DNA of 64,000 bases from an uncultured delta proteobacterium (GCA_963736855.1 CAVTQK010000013.1:96384-160383), one strand, 5' to 3'; positions 28,395 through 40,127 are shown, counted from the stretch's first letter. Made by a program: numbers and translations. The notes: a model not told the origin generated them from the letters alone.

Positions 28395-30086
28395 TTGATG
28401 ATCAACCATAGGAATACGGCTTTTCATAAAAGATCCTTTTTTATTGTGTCCGTCCTTTTCCTGACTTTATTCTGTTTCGGGACTCCATCTGCAAAAACCG
28501 GTGATCGGATCGTTAAAGTCGGCGTCTATGAAAATGCACCCAAAATATTTACCTCGGAATCCGGCCGGGTGTCGGGTATCTTTATCGATGTCATCGAGCA
28601 CATCGCGCAAATCGAAGGTTGGAATCTACAATTTGTATCCGGCACCTGGGGGGAGCTATTGGATCGTTTGGAAAAAGGGCAAATCGATTTCATGCCCGAC
28701 GTGGCGTATACGACGGATCGGCAGAAAATATTCTCCTTTCACCAGGTGCCGGTCCTGTCCTCCTGGTCTCAGGTGTATGCCCGCAAAGGAAGCGGAATCA
28801 AATCGATATTGGACCTGGGCGGAAAGCGAATTGCCGTCCTGGAGGGTTCGATTCAGCAGGAAGCGTTTGTCCGGCTTGCCGAAAGTTTCGGGCTAAACGC
28901 CACCCTTATTTCCGTACCGGACTACAAAACCATTTTTGAGAGAGTTTACAGGGATGAGGCCGACGCTGCCATCGCCAACAATTTCTTCGGATTGATGAAT
29001 GCCAAAAAGTTCGGGCTTGAAGATACGGCGGTTGTCTTCTTCCCTTCCACCCTTTTTTTCGCCGCGCCCAAAAGCGCTCCCAAACAATTTTTGGACACCA
29101 TTGATACCCATCTGTTGAGTTTAAAAAAAGATCCTCAATCGGTGTATTATGAGTCGCTGAAACGATGGACCTCCGAGAAGGTCCGGTTCAAACTTCCGGC
29201 ATGGGTTGAAGCCATCGGTCTTGTGGGCGGCATTGTTTTGCTCGTGAGCCTGGTGGGAAGCGTTGTGCTTAAGCGGCAGGTAAATGCCCGCACCCGGGAA
29301 CTGCAGCAAGCTAACCGGGAAATGGGACAGCGTGTCATCGAACGGACGGCGGAATTGGCGGCGGCCATGGAAAAGGCCCAGGCAGCCGACCGGATCAAAT
29401 CCGCCTTTCTGGCCACCATGTCACACGAATTGCGCACGCCGCTCAATTCCATCATCGGATTTACCGGCATCATGCTTCAGGAATTGGCCGGACCCTTGAA
29501 TGCAGAGCAACGAAAACAGATGACCATGGTTCAAAACAGTTCCCGCCACCTTCTGGCCCTGATCAACGACGTACTGGATATTTCCAAGATCGAGGCCGGT
29601 CAACTGGAACTTTCCCTCACCACTTTTGAATTGAGGCCGTCCATTGAAAAAATGGTTTCGCTGGTTTCGCCGATGGCCAAGAAAAAGGGGATCGACCTGA
29701 AGCTGGAGATCGCAGATGATATCGGAACAGCGAACATGGATCAGCGTCGCCTGGAACAAGTGATCCTTAATCTGCTCAACAATGCCGTCAAATTCACCGA
29801 AAAAGGACATGTCCACATTTCGTTACGGACCGAAAACGACCATTATCTCCTGTCGGTTTCCGACACCGGTATCGGCATGCATCCGGAAGAACTTTCCGAT
29901 ATCTTCCAACCCTTTCACCAGATCGATACCGGGCTTTCGCGCAAGCACGAGGGTACCGGCCTGGGGCTTTCCATATGCAAGAAGATATTGGATTTGATGG
30001 GCGGAACTATCGCCGTGGAAAGCCGATGGGGACAGGGAAGCACTTTCACGGTGCGTTTTCCGAAACGGACAGGGGGTCCGCCATGA
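28395..30086 (+). CDS. Sensor histidine kinase with periplasmic substrate-binding (PBPb) domain
   Basis: Signal/TM, SBP3-like region, FLATMSHELRTPLNSI, NLLNNAVKFT, DTGIG, GTGLGL. Confidence 0.93.
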   Translation: MMINHRNTAFHKRSFFIVSVLFLTLFCFGTPSAKTGDRIVKVGVYENAPKIFTSESGRVSGIFIDVIEHIAQIEGWNLQFVSGTWGELLDRLEKGQIDFMPDVAYTTDRQKIFSFHQVPVLSSWSQVYARKGSGIKSILDLGGKRIAVLEGSIQQEAFVRLAESFGLNATLISVPDYKTIFERVYRDEADAAIANNFFGLMNAKKFGLEDTAVVFFPSTLFFAAPKSAPKQFLDTIDTHLLSLKKDPQSVYYESLKRWTSEKVRFKLPAWVEAIGLVGGIVLLVSLVGSVVLKRQVNARTRELQQANREMGQRVIERTAELAAAMEKAQAADRIKSAFLATMSHELRTPLNSIIGFTGIMLQELAGPLNAEQRKQMTMVQNSSRHLLALINDVLDISKIEAGQLELSLTTFELRPSIEKMVSLVSPMAKKKGIDLKLEIADDIGTANMDQRRLEQVILNLLNNAVKFTEKGHVHISLRTENDHYLLSVSDTGIGMHPEELSDIFQPFHQIDTGLSRKHEGTGLGLSICKKILDLMGGTIAVESRWGQGSTFTVRFPKRTGGPP

Positions 30087-30472
30087 GCGACACGCTGCTG
30101 ATCATTGAAGACAACGAACAGAACTTTTACTTGATGCGCTTTCTACTTGAGAAGAGCGGGTATACGGTCATCGGTGCCGAATCCGGCAGGGAAGGCGTCG
30201 AAAAGGCGTTGCGTCACGCGCCGCGGGCCATATTGCTGGACATTCAGCTCCCTGAAATGGACGGATATGCCGTGGCCGCGGAACTCAAGAAACATGGTGA
30301 GATGGAGGGCGTGCCCATCATCGCGGTAACTTCTTATGCCATGGTTGGGGACCGGGAACGGATTCTGGCGGCCGGAGCCACCGGATACATTGAAAAACCC
30401 ATCAACCCGGAAACCTTTGTGGCCGAGATAACCCGGCATCTGACAAAAGACCCGGGCGATAAGGAACGATAG
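30083..30472 (+). CDS. Single-domain response regulator (DivK-like)
   Basis: LIIEDN, LLDIQLPEMDG, VTSYAMVGDRE, KPI. Confidence 0.92.
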   Translation: MSDTLLIIEDNEQNFYLMRFLLEKSGYTVIGAESGREGVEKALRHAPRAILLDIQLPEMDGYAVAAELKKHGEMEGVPIIAVTSYAMVGDRERILAAGATGYIEKPINPETFVAEITRHLTKDPGDKER

Positions 30473-30473
30473 A

Positions 30474-32915
30474 ATGAAAATGCTCGTCGTGGACGATAGA
30501 GAGGATTCCCGCTATCTTCTTGAGATCCTGCTCAAGGCAAACGGGCATGTTGTCGAGCCTGCCGGAAACGGTGTCGAGGCCCTTGAACGACTGAAATCCG
30601 GCGGGGTTGATCTGATCATCAGCGATATCCTCATGCCGGTCATGGACGGCTTTCAGTTATGCCGAAAAGTCAAGACAGACGAGGCCCTGAGGCATATTCC
30701 GTTCATTATTTACACCGCTACATACACCGGTTCGAAGGATGAAGAGTTCGCCCTCAAGATCGGCGCGGATCGTTTCATCCTAAAACCTTGCAAACCGGAT
30801 GCGCTCATGGAAGCTATTCGGGATGTGATGGAGCGTGCCAAGCACCGCGATATGGCCTCAACGTCGGCGCCGCCACAGGAAGAGGAAATCCTCAAACTTT
30901 ACAATGAACGATTGGTGAGAGAGCTTGAGCAGAAAATATTGCAACTGGAAAAAGAAATTCGGATGCGGAAAGAGGCGGAGGAAATCCTGCGGGATAGTGA
31001 GGAAAAATACCGGACATATTTTAAAAACGCGCTTGATGTTATTTACTCCATCGACTCCGATTTCAAAATACTGTCCATTTCCCCATCCATTGAAAGGGTA
31101 CTGGGATATAAACCGGAGGAATTGATCGGGAAGACCTTTACAGAACTCAACCTCCTGGCACCGGAGTCTTTGCGGCAAGCGATCGATGACGCGACGGCGT
31201 TATTTAAAGGAGACCGGTTACTATCGAAGGCGTACGAATTCATTACCAAATCCGGGGAAAGCCGTTTCGTCGAAGTGAGCGGGTCTCCCATGCTACGCGA
31301 CGGCAAAGTGGTCGCCTTTGTTTCCGTTGCGAGGGATGTCACCGAGCGCAAGAAATCTGAGCAGGCTCTGAAGGAGAGTGATGCCCTCTTTCGAACCGCG
31401 TTTGAAAACGCCGCTGTGGGGATGGCGCTGGTAAACCTTGACGGCATCTATATTGAAGTCAATGCGGCCATGGCGCGAATTATCGGTTACACTCAGGCTG
31501 AACTGGTCGGAAGACATGTGGCCAGCTTTACACACCCCGAAGACCTGAAACAGAGAATGGAATTCATTGATGATCTCGTAGCGGGCAGAATAGCTTCCGG
31601 GGAGCAGGAACGGCGTTTTGTTCATCGAAACGGGTCGGTGGTGTGGGTCCTCATCTGGGCCAGTGTTCAGCGTGATTCCACGGGACGGTTTCTCTACTTC
31701 ATCTCCATGGTTGTGGACATCACCAAAAGGAAGAACGCCGAGGAAGAAAAGAAGCAGCTTGAGGTTCAGTTCCAGCATTCCCAGAAGATGGAGGCCATAG
31801 GGACCCTCGCGGGGGGTATTGCCCATGACTTTAACAACATCCTTTCGGCCATCATCGGTTACTCGGAACTGGCGCTTATGGATATTCCTGAAGACACCAA
31901 AATAAGCCGCTATATCCAAGAAGTGATGACAGCAGGAGAAAGGGCAAAGGACCTGGCCAAACAGATCCTGACATTTGCAAGGCAGACCAATTCTGAGGCT
32001 AAGCCGATTCAGGTCAAACATATCCTAAAAGAAGCGCTGAAACTCATGAAGGCATCCACCCCCAGTTCCGTCGAAATCAGAGAAGTCATCGAAAGCGATG
32101 CCGCCATTCTAGCGGATCCGACCCAGATTCATCAGGTGACCATGAATCTTTTCACCAATGCGTTGCATGCCATGAAAGAGGATGTCGGTGTCATTACGGT
32201 TCAATTGAAGGAAGTTTCCTTAGACAGTCGTTTTACGGAATTGCATCCGAGCATGCTACCCGGCAGCTATTTGCAGCTACGCGTTGAAGACACCGGTTGC
32301 GGGATTAGGCCGGATATACTGAAAAAAATATTTGATCCGTACTTTACAACCAAGAAAGTAGGGGAAGGAACCGGGTTGGGATTATCCGTGGTCAAAGGAA
32401 TCGTTGATGGATGTAAAGGGGCGATCACGGTTAAAAGCGAAATGGGCAAGGGAAGCGTTTTTAACGTATATTTTCCGATTATAGAACCTCAATCAAAACT
32501 GCTGACCTCGCGATCCGAAGATGAAAAAATTCCCGCCGGAGAAGAATCGATATTGTTGGTCGATGATGAACTTCCCATTTCCCGTCTTAACGAGCAAATA
32601 TTGACTGCGCTGGGATACCGGACCAACATGCGTACCAGTTCGATAGAGGCATTGGAGCTGTTCAGGTTCGATCCGGATCGCTTCGATCTGGTTATCACGG
32701 ATATGACTATGCCCAAGATGAGTGGAGATTTGTTGGCAATTGAAATGAAAAAAATCAGGCCTGATATTCCGGTGATCCTGTGTACCGGGTACAGCAAAAG
32801 AATGTCGGATGAAAGAGCAATAGAAATCGGAATCAACGCGGTCTTAATGAAACCGGTGGTAAAACTGGATTTGGCAAAAACGATCCGTAAAGTTTTGGAT
32901 GAGCCAAAAGAATAA
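30474..32915 (+). CDS. Hybrid kinase REC-PAS-PAS-HisKA-HATPase-REC
   Basis: N-terminal REC, two PAS/PAC, LAGGIAHDFNNIL, FTTKKVGEGTGLGL, C-terminal REC. Confidence 0.93.
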   Translation: MKMLVVDDREDSRYLLEILLKANGHVVEPAGNGVEALERLKSGGVDLIISDILMPVMDGFQLCRKVKTDEALRHIPFIIYTATYTGSKDEEFALKIGADRFILKPCKPDALMEAIRDVMERAKHRDMASTSAPPQEEEILKLYNERLVRELEQKILQLEKEIRMRKEAEEILRDSEEKYRTYFKNALDVIYSIDSDFKILSISPSIERVLGYKPEELIGKTFTELNLLAPESLRQAIDDATALFKGDRLLSKAYEFITKSGESRFVEVSGSPMLRDGKVVAFVSVARDVTERKKSEQALKESDALFRTAFENAAVGMALVNLDGIYIEVNAAMARIIGYTQAELVGRHVASFTHPEDLKQRMEFIDDLVAGRIASGEQERRFVHRNGSVVWVLIWASVQRDSTGRFLYFISMVVDITKRKNAEEEKKQLEVQFQHSQKMEAIGTLAGGIAHDFNNILSAIIGYSELALMDIPEDTKISRYIQEVMTAGERAKDLAKQILTFARQTNSEAKPIQVKHILKEALKLMKASTPSSVEIREVIESDAAILADPTQIHQVTMNLFTNALHAMKEDVGVITVQLKEVSLDSRFTELHPSMLPGSYLQLRVEDTGCGIRPDILKKIFDPYFTTKKVGEGTGLGLSVVKGIVDGCKGAITVKSEMGKGSVFNVYFPIIEPQSKLLTSRSEDEKIPAGEESILLVDDELPISRLNEQILTALGYRTNMRTSSIEALELFRFDPDRFDLVITDMTMPKMSGDLLAIEMKKIRPDIPVILCTGYSKRMSDERAIEIGINAVLMKPVVKLDLAKTIRKVLDEPKE

Positions 32916-33056
32916 GTATACCCTGCAGTTGCATAAAAACCATGACAAGGTATAGAAAAAAGAATGATAACATCGAAAAACCCATCAACCCGGAGACCTT
33001 TGTGGCAAAGATAACCCGGCATCTGACAAAAGACCCGGACGATAAGGAACGATAGG

Positions 33057-35827
33057 ATGAAAGTACTCGTCGTGGACGACAGAGAGGACTCCCGCTATCT
33101 TCTTGAGACCCTGCTCAAGGCAAACGGGCATGTTGTCGAGCCTGCCGGAAACGGAGCGAGGCCCTTGATCGACTGAAATCCGGCGGGGTTGATCTGATCA
33201 TCAGCGATATCCTCATGCCGGTCATGGACGGCTTTCAGTTATGCCGAAAAGTCAGGACAGACGAGACGCTGCGGCATATCCCGTTTATTGTTTACACCGC
33301 CACCTACACCGGTCCGAAGGATGAAGAGTTTGCCCTTAAGATCGGCGCGGACCGCTTCATTATCAAGCCCTGCGAGCCGGATGCATTCATGGAGGCTGTT
33401 CGGGACGTGATGGAGCATGCCGGGCACCGCGATATGGCCTCAACGTCGGCGCCGTTTCAGGAAGAGGAAATCCTCAGGCTTTACAACGAACGCCTGGTGA
33501 GAAAACTTGAACAAAAGGTGCTGGAACTGGAAAAAGAAGTTCAGATGCGGAAAGAGGCAGAGGAAATCCTGCGGGAAAGTGAGGAGAAATTCAAAAATTT
33601 CTTTGACTATTCGATCATTGGGAAATCCATAACGCTCCCCTCCGGTGAAATGCAGACAAACAAGGCATTTCGTGGAATTCTGGGTTACTCGAGGGATGAA
33701 CTCTCAAACCTTAAATGGCAGGAAATCACGCATCCTGACGATGTCGAATTCTCTAAAAAAACCGTCGATTCGATACGTTCCGGCGAAAAAGACTCGGAGA
33801 AATTCATCAAGAGATATATTCATAAGAATGGTTCCGTGGTGTGGGCGGATGTGAGCACCACCGCGCGTCGAGACAAGGAAGGTAACCTCCTTTATATGAT
33901 GACTACCATAAGCGATATTACAGAGAAAAAGCAGGCCCAGGATGCGCTTATCGCCCTGTTTTCGCGTCAGGAGGCCATCCTTTCAGCCATCCCGGACATC
34001 ATTATGGAAGTGGATCGCAACAAAGTCTACACCTGGGCAAACCCGTCGGGGTTCCATTTTTTCGGGGATGACGTGATCGGGAAGGAAGCCTCCGACTATT
34101 TTGAAGGGGAGCAGGAAACCTATCAGACGGTACAGCCTCTTTTCAACGGACATGAAGACGTGGTCTATGTCGAAAGCTGGCAGAGAAGAAAAGACGGACG
34201 GAAGCGCCTTCTCGCATGGTGGTGCCGCGTGTTAAAGGATGCGTCAGGCAATGTCTCCGGTGCTATATCCAGTGCGCGCGACATCACCAAACGCAGACAA
34301 ACCGAGGCTGCGCTTCGGGAAAGCGAAGAAAAGTTCAGGACATTGGTGGAAAAATCTCCACTCGGCATTTCTCTGATCGGAAAGGATGGCCGATACCAAT
34401 ATCTCAACCCTCGATTCCGGGATATATTCGGTTATACGGTTGAAGATATTCCCACAGGTGATCAATGGTTTAAAAAAGCCTTCCCCGATAAAAACGATCG
34501 TGACACAGCAATCAAGGCTTGGATCGAGGATCAACGACAAATCGGTGTCGGGCAACAACGGCCGCGTTTGTATGCCGTGAGCTGCAAGGACGGATCGCGC
34601 AAAGAAATTCTTTTCAGACCGGTCACCATGGAAAACCATGACCAGTTTGTGATCTACGAAGACATCACCGAAAAAACGGTTCTGGAACGACAGTTTCAGC
34701 AGGCCCAGAAGATGGAATCGGTGGGCAGGCTGGCCGGCGGAGTAGCGCACGATTTCAACAACATGCTGGGGGTGATCCTCGGTCATGCGGAGCTGGCCAT
34801 GTACAAGATGGACCCCTCTTCTCCGGCGTGTGCCGATATTACTGAAATCCGGAAGGCGGCCGAGCGCTCGGCGGATCTCACCCGCCAGCTTCTGGCATTC
34901 GCCCGCAGGCAGACTGCGGTTCCCAAGGTTCTGGATTTAAACGACATCGTAACCGGGATGCTCAAGATACTGAGAAGGCTCATCGGCGAGGATATCGATC
35001 TGATCTGGAAACCGGGAGCGACCCTTTGGCCGGTCAAGATCGATCCCGCCCAGCTCGACCAGATTCTGGCAAATCTGTGCGTCAACTCCAGAGATGCCAT
35101 TGCCGGGGTGGGCAAGGTCACCATTGAAACCCAAAACAACACCTTCGATGATACCTATTGCGCGAATCATCCAGGGTTTGTTCCCGGAGACTACGTGATG
35201 TTAGCGGTGAGCGACGACGGGTGCGGTATGGACAAGGAGACGCTTGCGAATCTTTTCGAGCCGTTTTTCACCACAAAGACAGTCGGAAAGGGAACCGGAT
35301 TGGGCCTTTCCACAGTTTATGGCATTGTGAAACAAAACAACGGGTTCATCAACGTCTACAGCGAACCGGGGCAGGGAACCACGTTCAAGGTCTATTTTCC
35401 CCAGACTCGAGAGACCGCAAAGGCAAGAGGAGCGCCCGTTGCCGGGACCATTGCGAGAGGCACCGAGACCGTGCTGCTGGTGGAGGACGAAAAAGCGATC
35501 CTAAGCCTGGGTAAGGCCATGCTCGAGCGTTTCGGCTACACGGTCCTTGCCGCCGGAACCCCCGAGGAGGCCATAGCCATGACCGAGCAGCAAGAAGGTC
35601 CGATTCACCTTCTGGTCACGGATGTCGTGATGCCGGAGATGAACGGCAAGGAATTGAAGGAGCGTATCGAAGGCCTCAAGCCGAATATCAAGGCCATTTT
35701 CATGTCCGGATATACGTCCAATGTCATCCTGCACCGGGGGATTCTTGAAAGTGATGTCCATTTCCTCCAGAAACCCTTCTCGGTCAACTCCCTTGCCGGA
35801 AAAGTGCGCGAAGTGTTGGACGGTTGA
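33057..35827 (+). CDS. Hybrid kinase REC-PAS x3-HisKA-HATPase-REC, frameshift near 33155
   Basis: 5' end duplicates 30474 onward; [27 protein letters not shown]; frame break at ACGGAGCGAGG versus ACGGTGTCGAGG in the paralog. Confidence 0.88.
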
Positions 35828-35992
35828 GCCGGGCTATATAAACTCCCAACCCCATGTCGTCTTTGCAGATGTGAAATCCGACGAGGGACTGCCCATCGAA
35901 CAGTCGCGTATTTGCGCTGCGGATTTCCGGACCGAAGCCCAAAGGTCATCGATCCCACCCCCATGTTGCCAAGAAAAAAGGAGAGCAGATCT

Positions 35993-36841
35993 ATGCAAAA
36001 GAAAAAATTGATGATTCACGATTTTATGAAAATGAAGCAGGAAGGCCAAAAAATTGCCTGGCTGACTTCTTACGATTTTCCAACAGCCCAATTCGCCGAA
36101 GCGGCAGGCATGGATATGATCCTGGTGGGGGACTCCCTGGGGATGTGTGTCTACGGCTACGCCGGGACGATCCCGGTGACCATGGAACAATGCGTTCAGC
36201 ACTGTGAGGCGGTGAGGCGGGGTGCACCCAACACCTTCGTCGTCGGCGACATGCCCCTCGGCAGTTATCAGATCAGCGACGCCGACGCCGTATTCAATGC
36301 GATCCGTTTTCTGAAAGAGGCCAATGTCGATGCCGTCAAGCTGGAAGGCGGTACACGCGTGGTTTCCCGGATTAAAGCCATCGTGGACGCCGGCGTTCTG
36401 GTCATCGGCCATATCGGCCTGACGCCCCAAAGCTCCGGTCAGCTTGGCGGGCATAAGGCCCAGGGGCGCACAATGGAATCCGCCAAAATGGTCATCGATG
36501 ATGCCCTGGCCGTGCAAAATGCCGGTGCCCAAATGCTGCTGGTTGAGGCTGTCCCGCCGGAAGTCACCGGTTATATAGCAAAGAAACTTGGCATCCCTGT
36601 TCTTTCCATCGGAGCCGGCGCCGACTGCGACGGACAATTGCTGATCGTTTCCGACCTCATCGGCCAATTCACCGCTTTTACGCCGAAATTTGTGAAAAAA
36701 TATGCCCATGTGGCCGAAATCATCACGGAAGCCATGCGTCAGTATGTGAAAGAAGTCAAAGCCGGCCAATTCCCGACGGATGAGCATTGCTATCACATGC
36801 TGGAGGGTGAAGCCGAGAAATTACAGAAGCTGCTTTCTTGA
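35993..36841 (+). CDS. panB: 3-methyl-2-oxobutanoate hydroxymethyltransferase
   Basis: LTSYD, ILVGDSLGM, VGDMP, AVKLEGG, GHIGLTPQ, SIGAGADCDGQLL, PKFVKKYA. Confidence 0.96.
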   Translation: MQKKKLMIHDFMKMKQEGQKIAWLTSYDFPTAQFAEAAGMDMILVGDSLGMCVYGYAGTIPVTMEQCVQHCEAVRRGAPNTFVVGDMPLGSYQISDADAVFNAIRFLKEANVDAVKLEGGTRVVSRIKAIVDAGVLVIGHIGLTPQSSGQLGGHKAQGRTMESAKMVIDDALAVQNAGAQMLLVEAVPPEVTGYIAKKLGIPVLSIGAGADCDGQLLIVSDLIGQFTAFTPKFVKKYAHVAEIITEAMRQYVKEVKAGQFPTDEHCYHMLEGEAEKLQKLLS

Positions 36842-36896
36842 CTCAGCAAATGACTCAGGGGGTCAAACACGCCCTCTTTCAGAAAAGGAGCAGACC

Positions 36897-38157
36897 ATGA
36901 ACGATTTAAGAAAAAAACTGATCATATCCAATCGGCGTTTGGATCAAATCAATGCCTTTTTAACGGATCCGAACAATGTCCCTGATCAATCGCCTCCTGG
37001 CATTGGTGGAAAAATACGGGGGTCCCGAAGAGATCAACCGCCAAGCCGCAAGAGCGCGCCAATTGGAAAACCTCATGGACTGTTTGAAATCCAAAAAATC
37101 CCCTTATGTGGCCGATCTGGAATGGCTCACGGCTCAGCGGGAAAAGCAGGCTTTTATCTCCGTTCAGGATTATCGGAGAAAGATTTTAGGTCCGAAAGGC
37201 GAATCCACGCCGTTCAACGAGCGCAATGCCGTCACCCTTGAAATATCCGCCCTGCAATACTTTCCCTGGCTTATCGCCGAAGCCCGGCAGAGCATTGAAA
37301 AGGGGCAGCTGATGCCGGGGCGCTACATCCGCGTGCGCAATATGAAGGAACAGGTCCAAGACGACGATATCCTGGCTGTCGCCGCAGCCATGCAGATCAT
37401 CGGCGCAAGCTATGTGGAAACCCTGGACACCCGAGGAACCGACGGTTCCAACGTCCATCTGGGCGGTCCGGAAACCATTACCGGTTATTTCGGCGGAATC
37501 GGCTCACCGAACGACTACCCCCTCAAATGGGCTGAAGAATATCTGTATTATTACACCCATTACGGAATCCGGCAGGTCCTGAACACCAATCCGGGGACAG
37601 TTTTTCTGGCTTACATGCTCCACAAACTCGGCATTGATGCTGAATTCAAGATTTCGGTTTATATGGGCAATGACAATCCATTCGCCGTGCTCTGGACCCT
37701 CATAGGAGCTTCCCTCTTCAGTCGCGATGACGGCACCACCAGCCTGGTCGGATTCAACCTTTCCAATTCCGCAAACAATGAAACCATTCAGGATGCCGAT
37801 GCCATCCGCAATGCCTTGGGCTTGACCGACGGGGTCCGCCTCGAACACCACATCACCGAAACCTGGAAATCCATCGTGCGGCAACCCTATCTGCGGCGGG
37901 ACGAACTGGTGGAAATTGCCGCCAGGGTTCCCAATATATCCGCCAAGCATGAAGGCGGCGATCCGGATATCGAACGTCAAAGAGAACATCCGTCGGATAT
38001 CCTGGAATATTTCATTCCCAAGAAAGACATCGAAGCTCAAGGACTCATGAAAGCTTTAACCCGCAACTATCTGGATAAGCACGATGCCGTGAACCATACC
38101 GCCGACGCACTGACACGGGCGGGGATCGCCGTGATTTGCGCAACGCATCTCCATTAA
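36897..38157 (+). CDS. Uncharacterised ~420 aa protein (frameshift near 36980)
   Basis: AAGGAG RBS and MNDLRKKLIISNRRLDQINAFLTDPNN, continuing in the 36976..38157 frame; enzyme-like Gly/His/Glu motifs; no family recognised. Confidence 0.8.
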
Positions 38158-38170
38158 AAGGGATTTGACG

Positions 38171-40045
38171 ATGATTCCAAACCACATGCATGAATATCTC
38201 CTTGAACGGCTCGGGGAAACAGCGATCCGCAACCGGACGCGGTGCCAGAATGGACTGTGCCACCTGCATTTTTTCTATTCGGACGACCATCTGCTTTCAC
38301 AACTGGGGATCACCCGGGACAGATTGGGACCCTATCTGGTGGCCTGTATCTGGGATGAAACCTCGCCGCTTCCCATCGGCGGATATCTGGTGGTGGACAA
38401 TCTCAGCATGGGAAAACCCTCCATGGGCGGTATTCGCATGCTGTCCGACATTACCCCTGTCGATATTTACAATCTAGCCAGGGGCATGACCCTCAAAAAC
38501 GGTGCAGCGGATTTGCCTTACGGTGGCGGTAAGTCCGGAATCGTTGCGGAATACAACCTCACCGGGGATCAACGAGAAGCGATCGTGCGCGGATTCGCCC
38601 GCCTGATTCGTCGTTATCGGGACATCTATGTACCGGGTCCCGATGTGGGCACCAACGACGCGGATATGAAAACCATTGCCGTAGAAAACGGCATCGACAG
38701 CGCTGTATCCAAACCTGCGGATATGGGCGGCAACCGGATCGACGAACTGGGTGCTGCGGCCGGCGGAATCGTCATCGCCCTCCAGACGTTGCTGAACATC
38801 ATGCCCCGGTTAAAAGTGCTGCCACAGTTTGCCAATCTCCAGATTCCGGCAGCCGATCAACTCACGGTGCTGATCCAGGGGTTTGGAGCCGTAGGAGCCC
38901 ATACGGCGCGGATCATGAAAAACCGCCTTCCCGCTGCACGGATTGTAGGGATCAGTGATCTGGAAGGCTACCTCTATGACGAAACCGGGCTTCCCATCGA
39001 ACACCTATACGGATTAAGGCGCAAGCAGGGTCTGGTTTGCACGCCATTTTACGAACAGGAGATGGCCCCAAAAGGCTTAGGCCAAAGCACCAAATTTTCC
39101 ACCCATGCCGACAATCTGCTCCGAGAATCCGCTTTCTGTTTGATTCCGGCAGCATCGGTCTTCAATTACCTGGATGTGACACCCTCGAAGGACGCGTCCA
39201 TGACCGTGGATCGTATGGGGCAATGGTCGGTTATTGTGGAAGGGGCCAACACCTACTCGCCCGATCCCAACCGCAAAGCCATGCGCATCCGCATGGAACA
39301 GGAGGTTTATCGCCGTAGAGGGGTCATGATCGCCAATGACTACCTGGTCAATTCCGGAGGTGTGATCTTTGCTGCCCAGGAACATCTCGTACCTACACCT
39401 CAAAAATTGCAGATCCCGGAAAGGATGCTCGGCGACCGCAAAGCTGTGGATCAATGGTTGGGCAAACATCGGATCGAATTTGCAAAGCTATCCGCGAAGC
39501 GCCTGGAAACCGGAGAAGTGTATCGCGAAAAAATCATTTGCCGCAACATGATTGAACTGGTGGATCTGTTGGCCTCGAATGCGGATATTCTCCCCTGTAA
39601 GGCCGCCGAGCGCATCAGCCTCCAGCGGTTGAGCAGTAAAGAGAACGAACGGACCGCCAAAGATATCATGGAACCTATTCCCATTGCAGCGGCCGGGGCC
39701 ACTATCCAGCAGGTTGCCGCCCTGATCGTGGAAACCCGCAGCCACATCGTCGCCATTCAATCCGCAGATGCCAAACTGTTGGGAATCATGACCTCCTGGG
39801 ATATTACCCAGGCCATCGCAAAAGGAATCGGAGGGGAAAGCCTGGCGGATACCATCATGACCCGGAAGGTCATTTCATCCCGCCCCAACCAGAGGATCCT
39901 GGAAGTGGTCCGGGAACTCCAGCAGCATAATATATCCGAGATGCCGGTTGTGGACGAAAACGGCCGAGTCCTGGGTAAAATCGGCGCCGACCTGTTATCA
40001 GCCCGTTTGCTTCTGCCGATCCTTCAATCCCAGGAACCGGCCTAG
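38171..40045 (+). CDS. Glu/Leu/Phe/Val dehydrogenase family enzyme fused to a C-terminal CBS pair
   Basis: SMGGIRM, LARGMTLKN, GGGKSGI, PGPDVGT, QGFGAVG, VEGAN, DYLVNSGGV; C-terminal AKDIM...LGIMTSWDI...MPVVDENGRVLG. Confidence 0.9.
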   Translation: MIPNHMHEYLLERLGETAIRNRTRCQNGLCHLHFFYSDDHLLSQLGITRDRLGPYLVACIWDETSPLPIGGYLVVDNLSMGKPSMGGIRMLSDITPVDIYNLARGMTLKNGAADLPYGGGKSGIVAEYNLTGDQREAIVRGFARLIRRYRDIYVPGPDVGTNDADMKTIAVENGIDSAVSKPADMGGNRIDELGAAAGGIVIALQTLLNIMPRLKVLPQFANLQIPAADQLTVLIQGFGAVGAHTARIMKNRLPAARIVGISDLEGYLYDETGLPIEHLYGLRRKQGLVCTPFYEQEMAPKGLGQSTKFSTHADNLLRESAFCLIPAASVFNYLDVTPSKDASMTVDRMGQWSVIVEGANTYSPDPNRKAMRIRMEQEVYRRRGVMIANDYLVNSGGVIFAAQEHLVPTPQKLQIPERMLGDRKAVDQWLGKHRIEFAKLSAKRLETGEVYREKIICRNMIELVDLLASNADILPCKAAERISLQRLSSKENERTAKDIMEPIPIAAAGATIQQVAALIVETRSHIVAIQSADAKLLGIMTSWDITQAIAKGIGGESLADTIMTRKVISSRPNQRILEVVRELQQHNISEMPVVDENGRVLGKIGADLLSARLLLPILQSQEPA

Positions 40046-40127
40046 TGCCCCTGAAATCACTCTCTATTTCGCACCAAGGAATTCAAGAGCGATCCCGGAC
40101 ATCGAGATCCGTATTCAAAATAACCCT

